Part shown: positions 51,110 through 62,474 of the stretch, in pieces
How positions within the stretch are numbered: position 1 is the first letter of the stretch
Layout: each line of letters opens with the position of its first letter
DNA from: Phyllosticta citribraziliensis
Taxonomy: Eukaryota
DNA length: 64,000 nucleotides
Assembly: GCF_038025025.1 (NCBI RefSeq)
Contig: NW_027117338.1
Coordinates: forward strand, 2,232,001 to 2,296,000
Direction of reading: 5' to 3'
Program-made: the position numbers and the translations under genes
The notes under the pieces: model-generated
What the model saw: only the letters and a program-made list of their open reading frames with translations
The model's database searches: none
What the model was told of the DNA's origin: nothing

Positions 51110-52131
51110 TTACTCTCGCAGCTCAGCAACCGCAAAGTAGCCCTTGTTTTCCACGACACCCCGGTCTTTTACCACTGCTGTGTACTTGACCACCCACTGC
51201 GGCGCTACATCGCCCTTCAGTCCCTCTCTCCCGTTGGGTCCAGCAAGCACACCGGCTCCATTCTCTCCTGGGCCAAGCAATTCTCTCAGCGTGCCGCTAG
51301 GCAAGACGTTTGTGCAGTCATTGTGTGTCAGCAACTCGATGCCCTGCTCCTTGGCATACAGAATAAGAGGCTTGGGCACGACGCAACAGTCGCGCACATT
51401 GATTTGATCCACGCTCGGCCTCACACGAGTCTTGGACAAGAAGCGCGCCAGACGCTGGGTGCCAAACTCTGAGAGGCCCAGCTTCGCAATCAGGCCCTCG
51501 TCATACAGCGTCTCGAGGGCGCGCCACGTCTCAATCATGCTCTCCACGGCCTCGATGCCGTCCGCGTCGTCTGCGCTGCCGCTTGCGGTGGCGGTAGCGT
51601 CGTCCTCGGAAGACACGTCCGAGTCTTCGTCGTCGGCGTCAAACGCGATGCCAGGGAAAGATACAATGAGCAGGTCGATGCTCTTGACGTGCAGCTCGCG
51701 GAGCACCAGGTCTATAGCATCGCGAGCCTGGACTATGCGCGTGGCGACGGGGACGTGGGGTAGGTAGAACAGCTTGACTGTGATATCGTAGGCGGCGCAC
51801 TCTTCGGCTAGGCCAGAGGCAGCAAAGTCGACGGCGGGGATGAAGAGCGAGGATCCGTCTTGCGCGGTCCATTCGTGGAAGGAGGGGCGTTTGACGTCGC
51901 CGTTTGTCGTAGCAGAGGAATCGTTGGAGGCGCAAGACTGCTGGTGCACGGCGAAGTTGGAGCGGAGGGACGATGTCAGCTCGGTGTTTGATTTCTCGAC
52001 TGGGTTGCGGCGCACAACCGTGGGCGCGCTGCCCATGATGTTACTGGTTTCTCCATGTCAGCATATCCAACAGCAACCTCGGATTCGGAGCATTTTGAGG
52101 CATACGACGAGGAGAGAATCAAACGGGTCAT
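51110..52131 (-). CDS. Glutamate-cysteine ligase regulatory (modifier) subunit
   Basis: Spliced start MTRLILSSSNIMG (intron 52105-52044); YDITVKLFYL, IDLLIVSFPG, LGLSEF, DQINVRDCCVVP, LLTHNDC and WVVKYTAVVKDRGVVENKGY fit the GCLM family (AKR fold). Confidence 0.9.
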
Positions 52132-52505
52132 GGTGGGCGCAGAGATGCCAATAGCTTTGTCAGCAGACAAGAGTGGGATTGAAGGGTGCAAAGGAAGGCT
52201 CTTTCTGGCTCAGCAGGCGCCTGGGTTGGAGAGAGGGAGTTGAAGAGAAAGGTCGGCGCATTACGGGCCTGGTGCAAAGTGATTTCCAAGCCGGTAGTGG
52301 GACATTTGTCCGCAAGGATGCAATGTCAGTAGTGAAATCCGTCCATGGTCGGAGTCGTCGAATGATAGGCCAGCGCACGGGCCCTGTCGGTGTTAAGCGC
52401 GGGCCTCCCCGAACGACCGGTCTTGGCGAGGCTCCCATGGCGACTCGTTCCTGTCCCTCGCCCAAAACCCACCCCTCCACGTCGCAAACACCTTGGACCT
52501 CCGCC

Positions 52506-53289
52506 ATGGCCATCAAGTGAGTACAGGGACATCTGACAACCTTGGATGAGTCTAACGTACCCAGATATTTGATTCTCCTCTCCCGCCAGGGCAAAGTCGT
52601 ACGTCTTTCGGGCACAACCTTCGACCACCGCAACAGTCGCTAACGTGCATACAGCGTCTCGCCAAGTGGTTCACCACGCTATCTCCCAAGGACAAGGCAA
52701 AAATCGTAAAGGATGTGTCTCAATTAGTCCTCGCTCGCCGCACCCGAATGTGCAATTTCCTCGAATACAAGGGTATGCCACCTGGCCTCCCAGCACCGGA
52801 CCCTACTGAAAGCTATCAGACACCAAGATCGTGTACCGCCGCTATGCCTCGCTATTCTTCATCGCCGGCTGTGATTCGGAAGACAATGAACTCATCACGC
52901 TCGAGATAGTCCACCGCTACGTCGAGCAGATGGACAAGTACTACGGCAACGTCTGCGAGCTCGACATCATCTTCAACTTTCAAAAGGCCTACTTCATACT
53001 GGATGAGCTACTTTTGGCAGGAGAGATGCAGGAAAGCAGCAAAAAGAACGTCCTCAGATGCATTAGCCAGCAGGACAGTCTAGAAGACATGGAGGTGAGT
53101 TGGCAGTCTTTCGCGGCACACGTCAAGAGCAAGTTGGAGGACGAACGACATGCGGCATTACGATGCGATGCGAGACACTCGAAATCAGCGCAAACGGCTC
53201 GGGCATTCGGCGACTCGGTACGACATGAATCGGTCAAAAGTTAACGACAAATGCAGGTCGAGGACGACGGCGTCACGAAGATTGGCTAA
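52506..53289 (+). CDS. APS1: AP-1 adaptor complex sigma subunit
   Basis: [63 protein letters not shown]. Exons 52506-52516, 52565-52598, 52655-52772, 52820-53094, 53257-53289. Confidence 0.95.
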
Positions 53290-54543
53290 ACTTCCGACAA
53301 TTCTCCACACCTACCATGATACCCCCACGAAACGAGTCCTCCATGACATTTGTTTGCGCGCGCAAGTATGTGCCAGAAATACGCTAATCTAATGGCTGGA
53401 ACCTCTCAGGATGCCCAAGCCCTTGAGGACCAAATTCGCGCCAGCGGCTTCCTTTGAGGCCGCAGCTGTGCAGCACAGTCTCAGCATTAGAGACCAGGAC
53501 GTCAGCCAAGGCTTCCTCCCCATTTCACAAAAGGCGTTTGGGAAATTGTGGAGTTGGAAGGGTACAGCGACGGGAAGCTCGGTTTTGCGGAGGTTCCCAG
53601 AACGTGTATTGTACCTAAAGCGCCCTTTGCCGCAGGCAAGGCTATGCTGGCGTTAGGAGTTAGCAATGAATGACCAACGAATACCCTGATTGATCGTGCA
53701 GCTTAGCTTGCAAATGTCTCGATGTCGGTCATGGTTGGAGGCGGTTGAACGGTCTCCTGAGCGCTGATGATTCTCACAAACAAACAGGAGCACCATCGAA
53801 TGATGGCCACTGAGACCCTTGCAGAGCAGCATCAGCTCACACCGCCACGTTTGTTCCCTCGGTCTCCTGAAGCAGCGTCGAGGGATTGCGCATCGACCAT
53901 ATTGCGTCATCGCATTCCAGATCCCGCCTGCTGTCGGAACGGCTTCAATTGAAGCGTCTCGAGCAACAAACGTCGGCACCAAATCTACACGCAGCGTTGG
54001 AAAACGTGGTCTCGGGCAAGCTCTCCCGGTTGCAGCTCTGTCGTAGCGTCAAAGCCTCACATGCGTCAAGGTCTCGTCTCTTAGTGGACAACAAGGTCCA
54101 GGTCAGGGGCCCGGCCATCACGTGGCGGAGTTCCGGCAGCCTCCAGGCTCTCCACCTGGCCTGCAGCTGCGGCGGCAGCCCATCACCGTGCTCACCCTAC
54201 CCCATAACTCGTACCGTACCATGCCATCTCTTAACAACGCCCTTGACTCCCCCTACAACATTGCTCACTGTAGTTGTAGCCATCCGCCCTATTCTTCTTC
54301 GCAAAGCGCCCAACAAACGCTCCTGGCTGCCGCTAGCCGAGAGTAACCAACGGCCGTCGCGTTATCGAACCACAACACTATCCACTCCTGTACCACGGAG
54401 ACTGCCAACCTCGTTACCATAGCTCTGAGCTGCCCATCCCACTTCCTTGAATCGATCGGAGACACTTCCGACGCTTTGCGACAGCAGATACGGCTACCAA
54501 AAGTCCACTACACACTCAACAACATCATCCGGTCAGCGCAACC

Positions 54544-55776
54544 ATGAAGGTCCGTCCATCCCCTGCCTGCCGCAAGCCTGGGACAACCAGCTTGCTCTCG
54601 AGTGCCATATGAAGCTGCTCGGACGAGTGCGCCAGGCAAACTCGCTCAGAATGACCTCGCTGATGTATCCCGCAGTACCTGGCCCTCCGCGATTTTGAAG
54701 ACGTTAATGGCGCGCTCAACTTCGACACGCCCGACTGCCATGTAATCGGCGGCTGCGACCTGTACACGACCAAGGCGGCGGGATCCGACAAGAAGCTCTA
54801 CAAGACGATTGAGAACTCGCTCGAATCGCAACATGAGACGGTCCTCCGTTTGTCGGCATCTCTGTCGCCTCCTCAGGCTGAATCGCTCGCCGAATCCCTA
54901 AACCTGTCAAGATCCTCGCCGTTCGGTCCTCTGAGCCAGATATCCAGCAGGAGGACGTTCGCATACTTGATTGCGACGCTGAACGCCTCGCATCCCGACT
55001 ATGACTTCAGCCACATCTTGCGCCCGGCCGACTTTCGGAAAGAGCGCTCCCTGCGCTCGGTCATGAACACGATCGACACGACGCTCTACAACCTGCGCCC
55101 GCGACCGTCCGGTGCAATGCTCGCCGTGCCTTCGAATTGGAACTCGGGACCCATGCCGTCGGGCGCGCGCACACCGGGCGGTCACACGATGTGGAGTCCG
55201 CGAATGTGGCGCCTCATCGACAAAGAGATGACATTGCGCGAGTGCGCCATCTACTGTTATCAACCGGACGAGGATCCCTTTGATGGCGAGGAGGGCGCCA
55301 TCTGGAGCATGAACTACTTCTTCTTCAACAAGAACCGCAAACGCGTCTGCTATCTGTACCTGCGGGGCATGTCGGTCATGTCGCACAGTCCAGCGGTGAT
55401 AGCGGCGGCAGCCCGGGCCCCGGCGGCGCATCGGCGGTCGTCGGCCAGCGGCGGGCGCAGTCGTGGCGGCCTGAGCATGGGCTTGGAGAGTGCGGACAAG
55501 CGCGCGAATTACTGGCTCGGCGAGACAGCTGACGGCCTGTCTGTTTCGGCAGGCTGGCCCGATGACGATGACGATGTCATGGTGATAGCACACCCGGGCG
55601 ATGACGAAGTCTACCGGGATGAGGAGATGCTCGACGATCAGGAATACGTGACCGAGGACGTCGAAGAGGAGGAGGAGGACGAGGAAGAGGACGAAGAAGA
55701 AGAGCCCCGCGCCACCCGGAGAGGCAGCGACGTCAGGGGCATGGACGAACACATGACCGAAACGATGGAGGTGTAG
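54544..55776 (+). CDS. MAF1: RNA polymerase III repressor Maf1
   Basis: Exon 1 ATGAAG (54544-54549), intron 54550-54675, then YL..GGCDLYTTKAAGSDKKLYK, FAYLIATLNASHPDYDFS, WSMNYFFFNKNRKRV and an acidic tail. Confidence 0.95.
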
Positions 55777-56608
55777 ACGGTGTTGAGCGGAGGATCTGGC
55801 TGGGGCGCGACGAGAAATTCGCTGCGGAGCATGGTCGGAGGCGAAAGTCGCGCCCCACGGTTTCGTGGCGCGGTGGGCGACATGTTCAACACCAACACCG
55901 GCCCACCCGTTCAAGTCACCGCACGCCGTCCTTTTCCTGTTTGTTTCTTCCCTTTTTCATTTTCAGTTTTTCATCCAGCTTCCCTCCACTGCTCCGGGTA
56001 TGACGCAGGCGCCTCCAGCAGCCGGTGGGAGCGGCTAGCGATGCGTTTGTGCTTCGAGATACCCACTCGCCATTTCTGTTGTTTGTTCTCTTCACTGTGT
56101 CTATTTAGTGTTTTTTCATTTTTCCTTGGCGTCTCTTCCCTCTCCCGTTCCTCTCCTACGAATACTTCAAGTTGGTGCTCCGCACCCAATTCCCAATCAC
56201 AAACGATCGATCAGAGCAGCTTGAGACGCCAGAGATGCCGCTTCAGGGACCACGAGTTTGGATTAATGATGGGATCGCTCCAGGTGCCTGGATCGGTCCG
56301 ACTGGGAGAGATTGAATCGAACACGAAGTCGTCGTCTCAGTTGCATCGTCTGTTCTGCTTTTGTATGGCGTTCCGTGGTGTCTTGCTGGCGGGTTGGTTA
56401 GCGGATGGGGCGGCTTGGGATAGCCACGTAGCTCTTGAGCGACGCCATTCGCATCAAAAATCGAGAAGTTCATATGAAGCTGCGCGGGTATTTTCGAATG
56501 CGTCTCTTAGTGTTCAACGTGTTGGCGGGGGCGCGACGTCTATCGACACGCCATCTTTTCTATCCAAGAACAACAACCTCCTGATCGCCGCCCTCTGCAT
56601 CCATCCTA

Positions 56609-58909
56609 CTACTGGTCCCCTCCCACCTCCACCGTCGCCAGATCTACAATCCTCAACTTCGCCGCGCCCATCGGCTCCAGCCTGACCGTCTTCCTCGTCC
56701 CGTTTATACACGCCCTCTCCGCCAACGGCGGCGGCACATCCATCACCCCTCTGTAAACCCCCCACCCACCAATCTCGCACCCCCTCGCCTCGACCCAAAC
56801 AGGCGGGGCGCCGGGCGCAAAGATGGGGTTCGGAAGCGGCTCCTCGGCGGCAGCAACACCACTGGCGCTCGACGCACCACCTGCATCCCCGTCCAGGCTC
56901 TCGATGCCGGAGCGCAGGACGAGGGACGACGGGTCGATGGCGACGTTCCAGGCCGACGCGTTGGCGAGGCGCCAGTCGCGCGCCTGCGGCGGGGCGCCCT
57001 GCAGCGGCGTCGAGGCGTCGCGGTAGGAGGCGGCGGGGAGCGAGGTGTTGGTGCTGGGGATGGCGAGGGCGAAGACGAGGGCTCCGCGCGTGACGGTTAG
57101 GGTGTCGTTGGCGCGGGCCTTTGTGGATAGTGGTGCGGAGAGCGTGAATGTGAGGCTTGAGGAGCCGGCTACAAGCGGGACGGCGTGCAAGCCGGTGTGT
57201 GGTGAAGGGGAGAGCGGTGTTGGTGTTGTACTGTTGTTGAGGAAGAGATGGGAAGAGTTGGCGTTGGACCAGGTGGGGATGCGCAGGTGGAAGGTAAAAG
57301 GGCGCGAGGCCGTGATCGAGTATGTCAGCGTCGTTGCAAAGGGGTATTGCGTCGTGCAGTTGACAGTGACAGCGGCCCCGTTCGGCAGGGTCGTCGCCAG
57401 CGATGCGGGACTGAGAAGCGCATGCGCTAGACCGTCATCGCCAACGCGCAGGTACGATTGCGAGAGGAACTTGGGGAGGCCTTGCGGATGGTTGACTGTG
57501 CAGCAGGGGTAGTCGTTTTCAACGCCGTACGTCTGCCCGACATTGTTGACGTTGAAGAAGGGGTTCGACGAAAGCTCTGTTGAGTATCCTTGGTTGGGCT
57601 GTCCGACGTATTGACGCGCCCACCAGTCGGGAGAGAGTTGCGAAGGCAGTGCATTGAAGGCGATGCGCTCTGCTTGGTCTGCGTAATCGTTGTCGCCGAA
57701 TGCTTGGTACAGGTAGCTGAGAGAATACATGGTCTCTACTAGTGTGCATGTTTCCGACCTGCTCCTTGTGAGCTTATAGGTTTTCGATGTTCGAATCCGA
57801 GTCACTAACCCGTAGTATGGAGCCAGACCAGCAAGTCTCTCGTCAGCGAGTATACCGCCAGAAGCAGCGCCGTGATACTGAAATGTCCAGTCAACACCTC
57901 TCCTTGTAATGTCTATCAGAGAGTCGTTGTGGGTAAAGCGGCGAAAGACGGCCAGTGCCTTCAGTCCTGCAAATTATGAGAGTTTGTTTTGAAGACCAAG
58001 GGTGTTGCATACCTTGACCAGCATTTACACCATGCTCATATGGATACCTAGGGCCGTCAGAACCTTCTGTGCTCAGAAAGTTGAGATCCCCCTTGATGAA
58101 TGCTCCTTCTTGCCACCAATCCGCCCAGCTGATCGCCCCCTGAATCAACAGTTCCATCGAATTCTTCGCATTTGCTTTTACGCCATCTGAAATGCCTGGC
58201 CTTTCAAACAACCACTGCAGAGTGATCAGGAGATCCTGCACTCTGACACGTCCCCATGTCGTATCGGCCTCGCTCAGCCCATCTCCCTCATGCCACAGGT
58301 ACCCTGTGCCATTGGAGTTTAGCATGTTCAGCATGAGCCCCACGAATCTGCCAATGGAATCCAGCACTGGCTTCTCCCAGGTCTGTGGATCTGCCTCCAC
58401 CAGCTGAATCAAACCAAGCAACAGCGGGTACCGCGCCCATAGATTCCTTGAGTTGCCAGTCTCGGGACCAAGCCACCCGTCTTGCGCTTGATGATCCAAA
58501 ACGTAGGTGACTGCATCGGAGACTTGTTTCTTAAGCCGTGCGTCATCAGTGGCATAGGCAAGAGGAACGAGCCCGTTGAGCCAATAGGGAAAGCCCTCGT
58601 TGAGACCCGAATACTCAGACGAGCCCCCCAACCAGCTACTGTTGGCCACGTAGGGGTAAAAGTCATGTTGGTGGCCGGCAAGGCCAGCTGCTGAAAGAAG
58701 TAATTGATCCCGAAGCCAGCCTGAAGGAGTGATAGAGCCAAGGGGGAGGGGATTGAAGGTTAGAGGAAGGACTGTTTGGCGTTAGTATGATTTTGTACAC
58801 ACGTCGCTTGCTGAAAAGGATAGAGAGCTTCACGTGTTGTGTTCGAGCTAGTCGCAGAAGCTGGAATGGAGAGAGAGCCAACAAGGGCTGCAGCAAGGCC
58901 CAAGAACAT
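56609..58909 (-). CDS. Secreted GH127-like (DUF1680) beta-L-arabinofuranosidase-family glycosidase
   Basis: Hydrophobic signal peptide; LPLGSITPSGWLRDQL, E..PYWLNG, HGVN, GSETC, AERIAFNALP, YPCC..N..QG.PK, FHLRIPTW. Exons approx. 58909-58834, 58770-58013, 57966-57810, 57758-56609. Confidence 0.85.
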
Positions 58910-59530
58910 TATGATGAGGCGCCGGACAAGGTCAATGAACAAGAGAAAGGATAACAGGAGGGTAAACAAAACGAAGGCCAAATATAAGTACTGGGTGGCG
59001 CATGATTTGTCCCGGCGCGTGGCCCCGTTAGTGGATGCATGTTGCTTTTCCTGGCTCATCAGGGTCCTTGAAGGCCGTGTGGTTGGATGTCAGCAAGTGA
59101 CGTGCAGGCAGACGTCAAAGACACTTGGGGGCTGAACAAGAGCGCAGACACAGAAGCACGACTTGCGATCTCACATCACAAGTACACGATAAGAGCCTTT
59201 GCAAGAAGCCAGAAGAGGAGCATGGTGAAGGAAGTACTTTGAAGGTTGTGAGTGTCGAGAATGCAAGGGACGCTTCCTGTGGGACCTTAGTGCGGGGAAG
59301 GCGTTCGCTAATGGCCCGGTGCAGTGCCACTGACCTCACCCACCTCACTCTTCTGCTCCCCGGCAAACCTCTGCTTGTTTTGTGCATGATCCAAGGCGCA
59401 GACGCAGCCAGAACAACCAGTGCCGAGAGACCAACATGAATTCGATGTTTCCAAGTCGGCTTGGTTGTATGACAATCTCCAGCTTGCTTTGCTCTTGTCG
59501 CCGCCGACGATGATGGCCGTTGTACCTACC

Positions 59531-60199
59531 CTAGGCGCGAAGCCAGGCCTCCATCTCTTTCGGATACATTCTGGCGCTGTCGACGTTTCCCTCAGCGCCG
59601 ATCATCTCTTCCTCATCTTCCGCGCCGTGCTGGTTGCCGACTTCGTCGTCGTCGCCGACAGCGTCTTGAGTCTTGTCGCTTTCCTTCGCGCCTTCATCCG
59701 CTGTGGTCTTTGGAGTCTTCGTCGGCTTCGGCTTCATCGATCGCCTGGTCTTGCGAAACTCGCGCCTGTTCCACCGCGGCACTTCCTCATAGCCACGCAT
59801 GCGCCACGCGTTGAGCGACTTCTGGTGGCGACTGATTTGGCCAACCGTGAGACCCTTGACGTGGCTGTGGTGTGGCATGTCGCGCAATTCGTGAAACTCG
59901 GGAAGCGGAGGGAGGCTGCGAGCGTTGGCTTGGTGGGTGACGGAAACGTCGTATTGGGGCAATTCGGGCTCGAGCTCGGCCCTGACATCTTTGGAGCGAA
60001 AGTTCGGGGCGTACGCTCTCTGGTACGCTGGGCAGTCGTCGACGCTTGCGAAGAGGGGGTCAAACTGCTTGGTGGCGGATGGCAAGGTGCTCCTCATGAG
60101 TGAGCCGGATCCACCATTGCTGAACGGATTTCCCTTGAGGCGGAAGGACGCTTTGGACTTCAGCCGAAGTGCTCCATCCGGCTGCTTTTCGCCCTCCAT
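59531..60199 (-). CDS. Hypothetical protein
   Basis: 222-codon frame from ATG 60199 with a basic segment followed by an acidic segment; no domain recognised. Confidence 0.55.
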   Translation of the reverse strand: MEGEKQPDGALRLKSKASFRLKGNPFSNGGSGSLMRSTLPSATKQFDPLFASVDDCPAYQRAYAPNFRSKDVRAELEPELPQYDVSVTHQANARSLPPLPEFHELRDMPHHSHVKGLTVGQISRHQKSLNAWRMRGYEEVPRWNRREFRKTRRSMKPKPTKTPKTTADEGAKESDKTQDAVGDDDEVGNQHGAEDEEEMIGAEGNVDSARMYPKEMEAWLRA

Positions 60200-60626
60200 G
60201 TTGAATCGGAAGTTGGCCGTTGGTTGCAACCGTGGCGGAATGGGTTGTGTTGTGATTTGGTCAAGTCGCAAGTGATCGGTTGAACTGACTTGCTCGGAGC
60301 CTATAGGTGTCGGCCGGCAATTTTCTCGAATTTCGCTGGCAAGTTCAAATTTTCATATTAGTCGTCGAACAAAACACCACGACCACATGATTACGATATT
60401 CAGCGAGGAAGGTGGGAGCCGCGCGCCGACCCCAAGGCTGCGCTTTAGTACGTTCCGGAACATCAGTAACATGTCCTGCCATCTGCTCCAAGCCATGCCG
60501 ACTCTACTTCTACTCACTCCCTCTCTCTGGACCGGTGGAATAGCTTTCACGAAAGCTTGACGCCGCTCATCGTTGACGAATCGCACGCACTACACTCCTG
60601 TCAAGCTCGCGACATTGTCCAAGTCG

Positions 60627-61415
60627 ATGGCATCGAGGAGAGCACCAGGCAAAGCCGACTCCGCAGCAGTCCGACCATCCCCTCCCAAACTCGACGAGCT
60701 CCTCGCCCACTTGAGCATCAAAGACGACGACGAAGAAGAAAGGGTCCCCGTCCGTCTCCCCTGTGGCAAAGTCATCTACGCCAGACGCAACCGATCCGCT
60801 CGCAATCGAACCGGCGCCTTCGCTCCTTGGGTGATTCGAAGTCACTTGAGCCCTCAGGACGCAGTAACCAACCGCAAGTTCACCCTTGATCACGAGAACA
60901 CGACCCCGAAGGGATCGACCATCGCGTCCGGATCAGTGCGTTCCCAAGCCTCGACGGGCGGCAAAGACATAACGCTACTCAAGTGCGTTGCTGCTCGCAC
61001 CGCCAATTCAGTCCAGTCGGCAACAGAGACGCCGTACAGCGGTCACAGCTGGAAGGCCAAGAAGATGAACTTCCTCCGACACATGATCTCGCTCACCAAG
61101 CATGTAATCTCCAAGCGCGTTGCCAATCTTCTGGCGTATGAGGAAAAAATGAGAAAGGACCACGAGGTCTTTGAGCTCGTCATCGACATCCGCCGCAACC
61201 CCCATGGCCGCATCGTTCAGTGGTTCTCAGACGAATGGCTCGTTCTTCAAGAAATCGCTGGCGTCGAGAACTCGGAGTTGGAGCAAGAGCTCGAGAGGAG
61301 AGATGACGAAGCAAAGCTTGAACACATCAAGCTCGCCAAGGAGATCCTCTTTCTGGAATTCGATCTCGAAGAGTTCAGGCTCGCGCGCGTCCGGCTGAGG
61401 ACTTCCAACGAATAG
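60627..61415 (+). CDS. Hypothetical protein with a helical/coiled-coil C-terminus
   Basis: 262-codon frame from ATG 60627 with coding-like codon usage; divergent from the 60199 ORF. Confidence 0.6.
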   Translation: MASRRAPGKADSAAVRPSPPKLDELLAHLSIKDDDEEERVPVRLPCGKVIYARRNRSARNRTGAFAPWVIRSHLSPQDAVTNRKFTLDHENTTPKGSTIASGSVRSQASTGGKDITLLKCVAARTANSVQSATETPYSGHSWKAKKMNFLRHMISLTKHVISKRVANLLAYEEKMRKDHEVFELVIDIRRNPHGRIVQWFSDEWLVLQEIAGVENSELEQELERRDDEAKLEHIKLAKEILFLEFDLEEFRLARVRLRTSNE

Positions 61416-62474
61416 ACCTGCGCCTCTTGATACAACAATACCCATCCAGCCATTCAACTTCTTCAAGGCTTCGAGCGGTGGAAAGTTTCTCTCTGCTCAA
61501 TGGTTCGTCGGGGGTACACATGAGGGAAGGAAGCTCTCTCTCCGGATCACATGGTGTGATTTGAGACGGACTCAGAGGCATATTGCACAATGAATGGGCA
61601 ACGAAGGTGGAATCGACATTAGGAAAGGATTACAGCGACTACGGGAGCTAGCTACAAGGTCTCCCAGATGGTAGTGGTAACGTATACAAATGGACTGGAT
61701 TTACAATGCTGCCCCCACTGCTGCGTCTTGGAATCCGTGATTCAGTTTGTATGAGTGCTTTCAATCGTTGCATCTGCCGGTGGCGTCGACCGACGCGAGC
61801 ATCGCGGTTCCGCTGACGAAGCCTCCCAGTGCGCATTCGCCTCGCAATTTCTTGGCCATATCCCCCTTTCGACTGACTACTTTCTCTAGCTCTAGTGAGC
61901 AACACGCGCACATTAGAGCATCAATCAAAGATACCATGGAATACACCAAATCCCGCTACTTGGGAGTCGTAACATCTCGGCTCCACTACCGCCGGACGCA
62001 ACCGAATGCCATACCTGACACACAGACATACGTGGGGCCGCTACGGGAGGGACGTGACGTGCGTGTGGGGGAGAGGGGATCATCATCATGCGGGGTCCCC
62101 GGTTGTCGGGCGGAAGAAGTGGCAGACATGGATCTCACGACAACCTACCTAACCATCTCGGACTACACTGGATCAATTGAACGCGCGGGACGCCACTTGT
62201 TGGAGAGTGAATGTAAGCAAGCGATTTCGGAGGGCCGTCCCGACGGACATGCATATTTGAAGTTTAGAAGTCCTGCTTGCGATGGATGGAGCAGCCGTCA
62301 CATCGACTGCAAGGAATCGTCAACTTTGCTTTGCTGCACTTAACACCTCTTTCCAGGAGCATCCTGAACACGAATTGAGGAGAACAAACAATCGAGTCGT
62401 CTGCAATAGCTCAGATAACTCGGAATCCCATTAACGCACTTAATTCATCCTACCAACCAAGCACGCCCCCCAAG

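Noticed and set aside
53095..53244. Read-through of the APS1 frame into its last intron, giving an alternative C-terminus
   Set aside because: A consensus GTGAGT donor and a downstream exon ([10 protein letters not shown]) explain the locus; a 50-codon open stretch is expected by chance.
54320..54410. tRNA-like words (GGTTCGA on the - strand here; GTTCGAATCC near 57789)
   Set aside because: No cloverleaf or properly spaced A and B boxes could be built; the second lies within a GH127 intron.
55780..56685. 301-aa + strand ORF after MAF1
   Set aside because: Non-ATG start, spans the T-rich MAF1 3' UTR, and has non-protein-like composition.
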